A stretch of DNA of 63,618 bases, filler included, from Perkinsus chesapeaki ATCC PRA-425 (taxonomy: Eukaryota > Protista > Perkinsozoa), in assembly GCA_013115145.1 (NCBI GenBank). It is 8 parts of 8 records of this genome, joined end to end, with 100 filler letters (N's around TTAATTAATTAA, not from the genome) between each part and the next. Parts side by side here need not be neighbours in the genome. Positions count along the whole stretch, not along the records: positions 1 to 24,348 come from JAAPAO010000544.1; 7 more parts are not named here. One strand, given 5' to 3'. The translations under genes were made by a program, and so were the position numbers. Below, one piece after another: positions 1 to 12,000 of this stretch. How positions within the stretch are numbered: the first letter of the stretch is position 1; each line of letters opens with the position of its first letter. The notes under the pieces were generated by a model. That model saw only the letters and a program-made list of their open reading frames with translations, did no database searches and was not told where the DNA came from.

Positions 1-53
1 TACGTAGGATCTACATTGCACATCCCTTTTCCCTTGCACATTTTCCTGAAGTC

Positions 54-818
54 TTGCAAGGGGTTCTCTGGGATCTACGGCTCACTCCAAGCAGTATCAC
101 GAAACTACCTCCATATTGTATCTTCTTTGGTCGACCACCTCCAGGTCTTGGTGTTTACCCAACATGGAATTTGGGAGATGCGGAAATCATCTGTGATATC
201 CTGCAAGAACGACGAGATTCGGCACTAGCTCGCAGTACGGAAAATGCTTCTCCGATGACTTTCCGCCCCAGCCAGATCGTGTACTGTCGTGATCGCCGAT
301 ACGATCGGCAATGTAAAGTAGCCAATCGATGGTTCCCGGCTGTTCTCCTAAGTGCGGAAGGAGTGAAAGCTACTTTACTCGATCCTGCGAAAAAGGTTAT
401 TGTCCGTCATGTTCGTGAACTACATCCCGATCCTGGTCTAGCTACTACACGATCTTCACAACGTCTACTTAGTCCGTCAAGTCCTTTACAGTCTCAGCCT
501 CGGGCTCTTGATTCTGATGTGATTCATGTCTTACCAGCTACTCCACCAGTACTAATATCCCCGTTATCTTCAACGCCACCAGATGATCATTCTGTTCTCA
601 ATTTTACCTCTAGCTCCTCTTCGTCTACTCCTCTATCGACTTCCTCTGTTCCAACTGACCACTCTATGGTGTCTGGGAATTCTTTCCAGACAACCTCTTG
701 GGAATCGGCTAACAGTGGTGGTCCGGTACGACGTTCTCGACGAGCTCCAATGAGATTCGATCCTACTGGTTCTGCTAATGTCTCTAGTTTTGATGATCAG
801 CTCTATCCCATCCGTTGA
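54..818 (+). mobile_element. Ty3/Gypsy LTR retrotransposon, C-terminal part of pol (integrase tail), 5'-truncated at the window edge
   Basis: ORF has WDLRLTPSSITKLPPYCIFFGR (cf. YRTTPHSTTG.SP.ELLFGR at the end of the rve core), an SH3-like block (RWFPAVLLSAEG...RHVRELHP), a Ser/Pro-rich linker and PVRRSRR. It is followed directly by a polypurine tract. Confidence 0.8.
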
Positions 819-821
819 CTC

Positions 822-1064
822 GGAGGGAGAGAGGAAACCTGCGATATAGTGACTTCAACATCTCGCGCGCGGTGCATGCGTACAACCAGCAATAGTAGCA
901 GCTGACACCCAGATATCGATCGGGTAATCGACGGCTGGCGCCTCGCACCGAACGCACTCACAATTGAGCCTCGTCTCATTTTACCACACTGCCTAGCGTT
1001 ATAGTGCACGTTTACCACTTGAGAGAAAATAAAACTCAAGCTTCACGTCTTCAACTATGACTCA
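822..1064 (+). mobile_element. Polypurine tract (822-837) and probable 3' LTR (about 840-1064)
   Basis: GGAGGGAGAGAGGAAA just after the pol stop, then TG at 840, AATAAA at 1028-1033 and a candidate ...ACTATGACTCA end at 1064. The LTR end is inferred because no second LTR is in the window. Confidence 0.55.
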
Positions 1065-1326
1065 ATGTGTATCCGACAATTCTGGAATTTTCTGGCTCAG
1101 TCCCAGTCGGCTGTGGTATAGCCTCTGACATCTCTCGGTGATCTGAAATCGCCATTCACTTCTCAATGTCAATCATATGGGTGAGCATATCATTTACTTT
1201 CACATATCTTAGCGCGACCCTTAGCTTAAGGGCCTCAAGGAGTATCACTCGATTTCGATACTCACTTACTATGGCGCATGACCGGTCCGATTCATACTTG
1301 TAGCCTCGGACTGATCATCAGTCACT

Positions 1327-1348
1327 AGTAGGAATCCTACTGTAGGAT
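1327..1348. other. 22-nt double-palindrome footprint, perfect; inferred target AGTAGGAT
   Basis: AGTAGGA-A-TCCTAC-T-GTAGGAT. Confidence 0.85.
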
Positions 1349-1440
1349 TCGCTATCCGAAATTCTACGACTTGAAAAGGTATTGCGTTGTTTTCGTAAAT
1401 ACACTCAAGCTGGTAGTTCAAAACTGCGGAGGAGAGCATC

Positions 1441-1797
1441 ATGCCTCTTCGTCACAGCTGGAGACTGTTCGAGAATATTGTGGGGCCCCATGTGGGCAAC
1501 CAGCAGTTAGCTACAAGCTATGTAGCCATAGCGACAATCAGAGGAATAATCGGACGTTTAGGAACCCTCGATTTGATGCGGAACAGCCATCAATTCAGCT
1601 TCACGATCCCTACGGTGGGGGATGGTAGCCGCAGTGTTACTCAGTTCCAAGAAGAAGTTAGAAAAACCTGCCACGGCCGTTATAGCCTTTTCCTAGAAAA
1701 CTATAGTTATCTGATTTTCGCAACTCCTTCAACCTTGTTAACAGAGGCCGGAGGTAAACGTATAATCCTTGAGGGGAACGAAGCCCAATGCTACTGA
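1441..1797 (+). pseudogene. C-terminal-domain fragment paralogous to the 4051-4818 secreted protein
   Basis: QFSFTIPTVGDGSRSVTQFQEEVRKTC...YLIFATPSTLLTEAGG aligns with QFSFTIYTVKDGSRSISKFQEEVGKVC...YLIFATHSTVLTVAGG. No signal peptide or N-terminal domain. Confidence 0.65.
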
Positions 1798-2118
1798 GCG
1801 ACGCTAAGTTAGCGACGTCAACCATGGTTGAACGTGTATCTGATGTACTACGTGACCTTCATTGAAGTATAAGAATATCATATTTAACTATGGTTGGATA
1901 TAATCTATGCTTTATGATATCGCACAATGATCTAAAATCGTTTTTCGCCATATAATCTGAGCAGCCTAACATATGGCTAAGCACAAACTGCGCTCCATAT
2001 CTTCGACTGAGACCTTCCACATATCTTAGCGACGCTAGTTAGCCTCACTCTGATGGGGTCTTATTCGCGTCCGGTCATACTTGTAGCCTCGGACTTTTCG
2101 CACCTGATGAGATTCGCT

Positions 2119-2140
2119 AGCCGGATTCCGGCTGCCGGAA
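2119..2140. other. 22-nt footprint, perfect; target AGCCGGAA
   Basis: AGCCGGA-T-TCCGGC-T-GCCGGAA. Confidence 0.85.
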
Positions 2141-2640
2141 TTTTCGCGACTGGAGATGATATTGCGTTGATAGTTGCATAAATCACCTACATTACATTAT
2201 GTACTGGTAGTACATTGCGAGGCTATCTGAGTATATGCTACTCTGAGAGACTATGGTTCCTCTCCAATTATAGACGTATGAATCTAAGTGTGATCCATGC
2301 AAATTGTCTCAAACGGTTTGAGTGAAACCCAACTCCCCAAAGCATTGGAAACCAGAAGCGAGGGCGACCGTTGCAATAGTCCTGCGGCAGGACTCCTGTC
2401 ACTGGAGCCGACCATGTAGCTACTGGGTTAGCAGTCTCCCCTGTAAAGGCCTTTAGTAGAGGTATTGTCGACAACGGCTTGATTAACTCCCGGTTCTGAT
2501 AAAAGGGTGGAGCAAATATGAATCACTGATTGGAAATCAGCATTGTTGATGTGGTGTTGGCTCTACACTGTAGAGCACGTGCGACTCGCAAGTTGCAATA
2601 ATCTGATGGACCCCTTGGTGAGTTACATATGACTGGCGCC

Positions 2641-2662
2641 CCATAGTCACTATGGCGTAGTG
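2641..2662. other. 22-nt footprint, 1 mismatch; target CCATAGTG
   Basis: CCATAGT-C-ACTATG-G-CgTAGTG. Confidence 0.7.
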
Positions 2663-2829
2663 CTCTCGGCTCAGATAGCTTTTGTAAGGCACGCGGTCGC
2701 TCTGCATTCCACCACACAAATTTCTCGCACACAAGCTCGTCGCTTCACCTGTGGAACGAGTGCATGGGCTAGTGCCACTGTCCACAACTCTGAATTAAAT
2801 GATATCCTGGTTACCTGCGTGACGCGAGC

Positions 2830-2851
2830 TTCACCGCTGGTGAATCACCAG
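2830..2851. other. 22-nt footprint, 1 mismatch; target TTCACCAG
   Basis: TTCACCg-C-TGGTGA-A-TCACCAG. Confidence 0.7.
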
Positions 2852-2981
2852 CACCGCTGCAGTGTGCCGCATGCCGCGCCGGTAATGCGCGTCCTCCGAC
2901 TTATTGGAAGTGCCCCCCACTAGAGCCATTGATTTTCCCTTGCTCGCCGCCGTTGGGCGCGCGCCGCAAGTGAAGCTTAGC

Positions 2982-3003
2982 TTCAGTCCGACTGAATCAG
3001 TCG
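2982..3003. other. 22-nt footprint, perfect; target TTCAGTCG
   Basis: TTCAGTC-C-GACTGA-A-TCAGTCG, abutting another 7-bp-arm odd palindrome centred at 2978. Confidence 0.85.
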
Positions 3004-4050
3004 CTATGTGTTTGCGTGCCCCTTCCAAGCTGCGGGGGAACTCGCAAAGTAGCCCATTGTTCTTATCGTAGTCCGGCCGTAACGGCCCTAGTGGATCGAA
3101 TTGTTAGTCATTATCAACCTCATTTCCTAATGAATGACTCAAATTCTTATGAAGTTGCCGAGTTGTCACTGGGAAGAACTGTTCTTGAGCCACAAGACGC
3201 TACACCGCGCATGAAGAACGCATGTACACCAACTATGCAAGGAGTCCTTGCCAAGGACCAACTTCAGGGCCTGAAGTTCAGGCTCGGCATCAAAAATCCT
3301 ACAATGCCTATCGCCAGGAAGTAGATGGTTCAGCTTTCTACCCTAAATCTATGCCCCACTATGCGAAGGTCACACGTTTGAACTCCGATCTGAACTTCGG
3401 ACTCTTAATTGCACGCGGGAGCGCCAGGCCATCAGCGTCGTTTCGGTAAGGGCTACCTACGCTCTGGGTCGAGATTGATCACTCTCTCGATATAGTACTA
3501 CTCCTTTCCCCACAACTTATCATGTCCCGAAGAATATCACTATATCCTGGAGGGTTGTCTGATGGATTAAACATCCGCCATCCCCTTGATAGCTATCGAG
3601 CCCGATATCTATCAGCTAAGCAGAGTAATTGTGTTTGCGTACACATAGATTGGTGTAGATCTTAGGTGCAGTTAGTGCGCTGATACCTGTTGTCCCACGG
3701 TCGTAGTATCTCGCTCAAGCTCCTTGGTTGTGTTATCATTAGGAGTTCATCAACTGATACCGCGACACCTACCGAGGAAGCTAAGCCACCGAGAGTAAGC
3801 CTAGTTCACTAAGGCTTAGCTTAGTGACTAAGCTATGGGAGCAATTATGGATAACTCCTCCGGAATCCTACGAATATCTTTTCTTCAGTATTCATTTTTA
3901 CACACACTGTTTTTATACACATTCACAGAGCCTATTCCTAATAGCATAATATGCTAAACATATGCCTCCTGAACTTTCATGACATGCCTTCGACATATTT
4001 TATGTCTCATTTCTCAGTTTCAAATATTTCAGGTTATACCTTTAGCAAAC

Positions 4051-4818
4051 ATGTCCATCTTTCTGACCTGTCTGACCTCTACTCTCCTCCTGAGGTCTGG
4101 CAGTGCCCAACAAGTTGGTAGATATGTCCTGGATACAAAATCTTATCACATGGCCTTCAACATCTATCAGAGGGAGGGGGTGTATTTTCAATTCCAGTGC
4201 AAGGATACCGCAGGGCGGCCTATTGGTGATATGCTCAGCGACGGCCCCTATTATCTTCTTCAAGGCCCCAGACATCGCGACTTCACGATAGATTTTGAAG
4301 ACGCCCACGAAGGTGTAGATCACTGGTACATTGAAATCAGGTTTGGTTGCCACCACGCTATTGTTCCCCAACCAGGCGACCTTTTGAACATCACCTACTT
4401 GACTCCTGATATAATATCTACCGTTTTCTTAGCCAACACTGTAGTACTCAAGAGGGTTGCTCTCGAACTGAGCCCTGGGCCGTTCAGGTTTCCCTACAAG
4501 AACGCATCCAGCTTTGATGGTATTATTGTCGATTACACGGTTGGTCACGATTCTACGGTAGTTATGCAAGTCGTGTGCTCGGGGATCACTACTGATTTCT
4601 GGACTTTTCCTCTGGTTCGTAACGATGATCAATTCAGCTTCACTATCTATACGGTGAAAGATGGTAGCCGCAGTATTAGTAAGTTCCAAGAGGAGGTTGG
4701 AAAAGTCTGCCCCTATGAAACTTTCCCAGAAGACTTCAAGTATCTGATCTTTGCGACCCATTCAACCGTCTTGACTGTGGCCGGAGGTGGCCGTATACCG
4801 CTTGAGAGGAAGAATTAA
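4051..4818 (+). CDS. Intronless secreted orphan protein (lineage-specific family), about 255 aa
   Basis: The track ORF is 3979-4818. The likely start is the ATG at 4051, giving the signal peptide MSIFLTCLTSTLLLRSGSA-QQ. A paralogous fragment lies at 1441. Confidence 0.7.
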   Translation: MSIFLTCLTSTLLLRSGSAQQVGRYVLDTKSYHMAFNIYQREGVYFQFQCKDTAGRPIGDMLSDGPYYLLQGPRHRDFTIDFEDAHEGVDHWYIEIRFGCHHAIVPQPGDLLNITYLTPDIISTVFLANTVVLKRVALELSPGPFRFPYKNASSFDGIIVDYTVGHDSTVVMQVVCSGITTDFWTFPLVRNDDQFSFTIYTVKDGSRSISKFQEEVGKVCPYETFPEDFKYLIFATHSTVLTVAGGGRIPLERKN

Positions 4819-5931
4819 GCCTCGATGCTATTTCGCTACATCATCGACAATGACTGGACATGTATCTGATTCATTGCGTTGTTGCTGGTTTTGCATGCTT
4901 GTCATGGTTGAATCGAGCTATAATCCTATGATCTAGTCCCGGTTAACTGTGATAGAGCCGCATACAGAGATCTCAAATCGCTATCAAATGCAGCTGTCGG
5001 TGCTACTTCACTGAGCTTAGTGCTTCAAGCATCCATAGGTGTTCTTTCACCTATGCAGAGTGATATTCTCTGGTATTCTTCACTAACCATGAGAACGGCA
5101 TCAGTAGTATCAGCTGATCGATTATCTTTCACTGGGCATGGATATTGCGTTGTTACGATGAGCTATCCAGGTTGGAGCTTGCAGAGCCAGGTCGAAAGAA
5201 AGCTGCACAGTCGTATGAAACTATCTGCACGATACTTCTATCACCTATATAGCACCTACAACATAGCTCATCATAACGCACGAAGCTGGTGACCGCTAGC
5301 ATAACGGAATCTCATACTGCATCTGGTTCCGTAAGATTTGTTGCAGGCTCCTTTCAATCTCAAACATCGGAGATGATGGCAATTCGATGCCTAGCGGTAG
5401 CTTTATGTAGTTCAGCTGACATGTCGCTCTCTACAAGAGGCTTCGCATATGGAAATCCAAACATTCTTGATATTCTTGAATTGGAAACGCAACATTTCAC
5501 TCACCACGGAGATATTCATCAATCACACGGACTGCGCTTCAGTAGCACACCTGCCTCTAGGAACTTAATACTGAAGCCTTGTTCGGCGTCAGTGCCCATC
5601 GTGGCCTCGCGCCAGAGGTCGCTTCGCCCGTTGCATACTCGACGCAGGTCCAGCACCTAGTCGAGACATATATCGAAGATGAAGGGGCTCAGGAGGCATT
5701 CCTGGCTCACCTTGAGAGACTCGGATGCGATCGCGCCAAAAATGATAGCTGAGACGCACTGCAGTGCTAGTTCCAGCCGCGTGGACGATGTGAAGTGGAG
5801 GAGCGAGTTTCTATGCAGGAGACGGGAGCAATTAGCGCCATTTTATGTATGCGAGATACTCCTGCTGGGTAATAGTGCGTTACGCACTGTTTTCATTCAC
5901 TTTTTCAACGTGTGTTCAAGACAAGGGGCAT

Positions 5932-5953
5932 CTCACGTTACGTGAGTCACGTA
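5932..5953. other. 22-nt footprint, perfect; target CTCACGTA
   Basis: CTCACGT-T-ACGTGA-G-TCACGTA. Confidence 0.85.
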
Positions 5954-6377
5954 GTGTATTGAAGAGGCTTCTTACCTTGCTAAAGAGAGATCGGTGATCT
6001 TTGAGTTCTTGCTTGCTATGAGCTCCGCCAATTCCAAGAAGCCCCGTGGACCAATACTATTGCTTCCAAGGTCTACCAACTTGATACCCTTCGGGCTTGA
6101 TTGGATTCCCTCGACAAGTCGCAAGACTCCATCGCTTGTTATACAATTCCGCCTACCGAAAGATAGCGCTCGAGTGAATATACGACCATTGGGTGATATG
6201 GCCCAGAATGGTTACGATAACTGCGGAGCAGATGTGATGGAGGTAAACTTTGAAAACTTCACCCACCAAAGGATTAGCGAGATTATCTCACTCTCTCTTA
6301 TCTCTAACCAGTGGGGTATTCCCCACCGGCTACGGAGAATTCAGCAAGGTCCTCGCTTTTATTGAAATAACCGCCCC

Positions 6378-6399
6378 CTTATGGCCCATAAGTTATGGG
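6378..6399. other. 22-nt footprint, perfect; target CTTATGGG
   Basis: CTTATGG-C-CCATAA-G-TTATGGG. Confidence 0.85.
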
Positions 6400-6499
6400 G
6401 GCGCTTATTTTCGTTTATTTTTCCACTGTAGGCATTCTAAACCTCTCAGCTAGCGCTACCTAAGATCCAACGCTTCGAGCGAGGGTAAGTCCTTCAAGG

Positions 6500-8330
6500 C
6501 TTTGGCCAAACACTCCACACCATCATCGCCCAGACCTGAAGAAAACTCCGGTTATTCAGTACGGTCAGCTCCGATGATGCTCGGCCCGAGCAGCTCGGGT
6601 CCACCACGTCCCGAAGCCTCACAGGTTGCCGATAGGTCTAGCCGTTTTATAGACTTAGCGGAGGATCCCAGCCATCGACTAAGGCCTGTCACCCACGCGC
6701 AGCCAAACGTTGCATTGCTGCGGAAAGCAAAGCTTATTAGGGAGCTAGCCTTGGAGTTTGTAGATTGGTTGAGCTCCCACACAGAGACGGGACTGAGAGA
6801 GAATTGCGAAAGGCATCACACCACTATCAGTAGACGGTAAAGCATACTTCAAGGATAATCCTTCGAAAGTGAAAGAGTTGCTCATCTCGAGTAGTGTTAG
6901 CAGCACGTCCGCTTCTACACTTATGGGTATAGGGGGTTGTCTGACCCTGAACAACAGGAAGGTAAATATTCTCCACAATGGCGACACCCTCCAAAACACA
7001 CATGAACAAAGATGACTCACTTTGATACTTCTTGGAGGCCTGCTCTTTGTCTTCGCTGGCTCCAAAGCGTACTCGCTTGCCTAACGAGATACTATACAGC
7101 TCGTACTGCCAAGTTCTGGCCGTGCCTGCATTGGCCTACATTGGCTTACATCTCAATAGACGTCGAGGTCGTTGCGACCGTGCCCATCCTCAAATCAGGA
7201 CGCCTCGCTTTGGCACCTGTAGGAACTATGAATCATCTACTGCGGTCTAGTTATTGGCGCAAAATTAGCCACCGTAAAAGTGTCTTGGCGGAAATTTGAG
7301 CGTTACATGATTCTAGCACATACCAGGTTCTGTTCGACCCGGGATCAACCATGCATGCGGTTTTACCAGACGGCGTTCGACGAATAAAGGTCATCAGACG
7401 AAACTATGCGGCTGACGTTTCATCGCCGCAATGGCAAATTGCGAATTACTCTGCTACTGTTTCACCTTCTGGCACATGACCACCAATAACAATCGATGCT
7501 GCGACGTCTGTTGGCAGCGTCTTGAGCAGTTCAGTGACGCTCGTGAACACAGAATGGACCTGAACGGTTGGGCGGCACGGTTACCGAGTAACGCTTCATT
7601 GAGTCCAGGCATGTGAATAGACCACTCTAAATCAACGAGTTACGGGCTGGGAGCTGAAAGGAACTGCCCTGGATCATGACCTGCTCATCGGAGTCTCCGG
7701 CATTCAAGTTGATGCTCACGCTTGCACTATATACGTGCAGAGCGTCAGCCAACAACGACAACAGCAAACTATCATGCTTGGAAATCCGAGCTCGAGGTGA
7801 AGTATGTACAACCTGCGCTGAATCGATGAGGGCATTGCAGAGGAATCATCATTACGAGCTTTCCCGTCTCCCTGCTGCTGGCCAAGTCGATGCCGTTCAA
7901 CTGCTTTAGCGCAGGAAGCGATCTGACGGCTCGCACGAGATCGAAGGCAGATCTCGGGTTTATCCTGGGGCAGTCTTTGAAGGAAATGCACCTGAATAAC
8001 ATCCCTTTAAACCGAAGTCTTCAGGAAAGACTTCTAGTTTAATTGAAGTTAATGATGGGTTAAACTTTCGGAATGTCATCTCACAGTGAGAGTATGAACT
8101 TGAAAATATTAGGAGATTACTTCGAGCTGTTGGTATGAGCTTTCGACTCTAACAGCATATTACTAATGCTGCTCAATCCTGCGTCAGTTACATAGGGGGC
8201 TCCTTCAAGGCAGATCTTCTCCGAGATGGTTGCGTTCCTGGTCACAAGATGGATAGGGATCTACTACTAGAGAGTAATGTACGTCAAGGTAGTGTGGGAG
8301 CAAAGGCGTCCCTAAAGTTATTGACTACAC
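6500..8330 (+). mobile_element. Heavily decayed LTR retrotransposon gag-protease(-RT) remnant
   Basis: Frame-broken translation gives YQVLFDPGSTMHAV (about 7321-7360, D-[TSP]-G retropepsin motif) and DHDLLIG (about 7670-7691). Weak RT-like text follows. Many stops and frameshifts. Confidence 0.4.
6578..6599. other. 22-nt footprint, perfect; target TGCTCGGG
   Basis: TGCTCGG-C-CCGAGC-A-GCTCGGG. Confidence 0.85.
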
Positions 8331-8429
8331 TAAAGAATGGTGAAAGCTTATTTAATACCGACCAGTAGCCATCATGGCTACCAGATACAAAACGAGTATA
8401 ACAGGTGTGGTTAGTAGAGACCGTGAAAG

Positions 8430-8451
8430 CTCAGCTTAGCTGAGTCAGCAA
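8430..8451. other. 22-nt footprint, 1 mismatch; target CTCAGCTA
   Basis: CTCAGCT-T-AGCTGA-G-TCAGCaA. Confidence 0.7.
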
Positions 8452-9064
8452 CATTACAGGTCATTTACAGTTATTTACATTATTTGTATTTATTTGTATG
8501 AGGTCGGTAAGCGTTATAATTACAACTAGTGCACATCGTAACATACCAGACGAGTCAGGTGAGTGTATCCTATAGACTAGCAAATTGCTAGTTGCAGGAA
8601 TTGGTGATTGTAAACAGTGCCAGGAGTAATATAGGTATCAGTTACAGGTACTATGGGTAGACAGCTGGCAACCTAATGCATACTCACCCGGACCTCAAGA
8701 GGTCTATAAACTTCGCCAACCCGTAGTCCGTGATATTATCTCCAACCAATGACAGAGGAAAAGTAGACTCATCTCCAACGTTCAGTTTTGACCTCAATGC
8801 TGCAGCAAGTGCGAGGCTGAAATAAACTCGTTATTTATGTGTCATAAACCGAGCGTGAGGTCAAGGTCTGTTTATGCGTTGAACTCACCTCAAGTCATTC
8901 CATTCACAGCACTTGTCGAGATTATATACTTCACCATTTTCGATGGATATTTCATTAAACGTCTCCATCTGTGTCTCGTGGTCAGCTAGATGATCAAAGA
9001 GGACTATACTCAGAGATCTTGCTAACCTGACGACATTCATTCAATGCATTGATGCCAGAGGGGC

Positions 9065-12000
9065 TTACGATGGATTTATTAAGCAGTCAATTATATTAAG
9101 GTGTTTTAGACTACACAGAATCATGTCAAAAAATGGCAAAGAACGGCAATCATCATCGAATTGGAGTCGCTGCATTGACAGATTAAAGGTAGGATGCAGG
9201 TGCTGGATGTGTGTTATCAGCTTCTCGTAGAGCCAGATGTCACCTGTCCAGAAATTATCATTTATGGAGCGCCATACAGAGTTTCCGCTGTGAAACTTTG
9301 TCACCTGCAGATAAGTGAACCCTTCCGCTCAACCCCGGTGGAGGTCCAAGGCACACCACACCGCATACCTGATTTAGCAATGTAATAGCACTCTTTCCCG
9401 GTTCATGGAGATGCCATTTCAATATGTGAACTAGTTGCACACATTAAGTTCACAAGGTCATTCCAATACCTTACTTGATCTATTTCGATGCCGTTAACAT
9501 GTCTCAGGCTCATCTGCTGTCTCTGACCGGACAATCTCGATAACGTATGTCCCCATACCTTCTCAGCGTGCTCAACCGAGAGGCTGTTGCCGCGCAGGTC
9601 CACGCTCTCAAGCTTAGGTAGGCGAAGCAAATTCACAAGTACCTGCCCGATGTCCTCTAATATTCGTGAACTCAGAAGAAACACGTCCAGAGTGATGTTC
9701 GGTCGTCCGGCTGTAGGTGGTTTGTGGGCTTCGAAATAAATTGTAAAAAGCCTCACACTTATCATCCACTCGTCCAAGGCTTCGGCTCCAACGTTGTGCT
9801 CTAGCCACCGGCTTCGGTGCCTGCACACCAATTAATCGGACGAGGAGGAGCTTACTCGTATACGTGAAGCCACAAGAATCTAATCTATTGAGGAGAATTG
9901 CGAAAGTGAATATACGGTGACCACGTGGAGCAGTCTTACATCGTCGACTCCCATGCTCCTGTTCTTGACAGCAGCGGATCTTCTCGTACACACCTGCCGT
10001 AGCATCCTATATTCGGCAAAGAAAGGGCTATAGCAGTTGAAATCCATACGAAACTGTGGCACATATTCCATGGCATAAGACGAGACAGTGCGAACTTCAA
10101 TAGTCCTGCGATGTAGGATACCGACAGAGGTGCGGAGACAGGAGAAAAGCCTACTTCGCAAGGTCGCAGTTGCAAAGGTTAACGGCCTTGAGGTCTTGGT
10201 AGGAGCATAGGTCAAGAGACAAGTTAAGGCCTCCAACAACCACCCGCGGCGGAATCTTCACGCTCATCTGAAAAATCGTCGGGCTGCTTCGTCTCATCTC
10301 GACATCAGATTTCACTTTTTCAACTTTGCCACTTGAGATTATAACTTCCAATTTATCTTTGCTGAGCATTTCAATAACTTCAGACTTGCTATACATGTTT
10401 CTGCGGCCATCTGCGTCGATTACTATGAGACATCTGAATGGTCGTCTCGGAGTGCATAACAACGCCAAAATCTGATGAGGCAAAGACATAGACCCACACT
10501 CGTGAATAGGTTCTGTTAGTAAGATAGACTATACCACGACCGACAAAGCCAAGGGCAGCTGCAGCTACCTTCCGCAGGCTGATCAAGTGCTTGTCGTGCC
10601 ATCCTCGTATTCGCGGTAGATACAGACGTTCCAGGCAGAAACCCGACTTGCTAGACATTACTCGCTCTTCGAGCAGTCCAATCGTATCGTCGGGGACTAA
10701 AATGCTACTTTCTGCAGGTCTCTTGGAGACTTCGGTGTTCCGATTTCAACACAGGAAAGATTATCTTACAAAGGGATAGTCCTGCAATCCTGTTGGAGGT
10801 CTCTCCGCAGAGGTATAGTTGTTCAATGATTGATTGTGCTATCGGATGGGCAATGACGAATGCCATTTTGCATCCCTGAACTCGATGTACCTCTTCGCTC
10901 TGCTTCAGGATGGTCGTCAGCCTATTTTCCGACCCTGAAAATCCATATTCTGGAGCAACACGTAAACAAGGAGCGTTCATACTCACCGCATCCTGTAAAC
11001 CATAAAACGACAAGGACGCCTTCACTCCGAGCGAGCTGGAGCCACATCAGCAACAGATCTACTCGCACGAAGTCTGGGCCGATGGTGACGTCGAAACAGA
11101 ATGAGCCGCTATCATGCTGACAGAATATCGTTATCATTTCACAGAAGAGTGAGCGTGATGGGTCATCGTGATAAAGCCATGATCATCTTTCTTGAGAATG
11201 CTATAGCTCCTACGCTACACTCATCAGTGCCGCACCCACTTGAAGTGAAATGTTGGGGATGGCAAGGATAAAATACTCGAGATTAATGACGTCTCGGGTG
11301 ACTTCGCTAACTTCGTCGTGTGCTTTAGGCGGAGGTATCTGCAAGAATACACTAAAGTGAGATTTCACTAGTAGCGATATTCGGCGAGTGACTGTTCGCG
11401 GATGTGCTGCAAACGCCTTGGAGCTCGAAATACCAAGGAGCTTGCCACGCACTTCGTTGAGTAGCCTCAGGTATGGCATGCTATCCATGAGAGCTGCAAT
11501 GAAGGTCCATGATGAATCAAGCGGATCACGGAGGTGGGAGTTCTGGCTCGTTAACGGAAAATTGATGTAGCTTATATCTGACGATTGAGGCGATCATGAT
11601 CATCAGGACCCCGGATATCTAGGGTATCATAAATCAGCAAAATGATCCACTCACGATACGAGACTTCACACACCGTGTTGCAGAACAGTATTGTTCCTAG
11701 TTTTTTCATCTCCATAGACTTACGGCAAATATCAAGCACACGAGCTGGGCATCTGGCAGCTACGAGGGAGTCCCATAGGGCGGGTCCAAGATCGGGGACA
11801 CCTGGTAGAAAGCTCTCAGCGAAGCTTGCTGTCCTGCACGCAAGAACAGAATCTTCAGGCCAAAGGCTTCAGCTACTAAGCCGCCTGCTTAAAGCAGGGC
11901 AACACACATAGCTGTACAAACACGTGGAAGGGTCAGCTTCATCAGACGATGAACGAACACTATCAATCGCACTTGTGTTCAATCATCGGACTTCAGTGAC

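Larger units (their letters stand above)
1080..2250 (+). repeat. Degenerate duplicated blocks (about 1100-1400 and 1880-2250; third related block about 4900-5160) associated with the secreted-protein paralogs
   Basis: Exact shared 21-mer TCATACTTGTAGCCTCGGACT at 1292 and 2075; CATATCTTAGCG at about 1202 and 2020; ATTGCGTTG at about 1381, 2161 and 5143. Confidence 0.65.

Noticed and set aside
8361-8384. ACCAGTAGCCATCATGGCTACCAG resembles the Perkinsus/dinoflagellate spliced leader (ACCGTAGCCATCTTGGCTCAAG)
   Set aside because: Needs several mismatches and indels, has no following GT or SL-RNA structure, and is explained as a 1-nt-centred palindrome (GTAGCCAT-C-ATGGCTAC).
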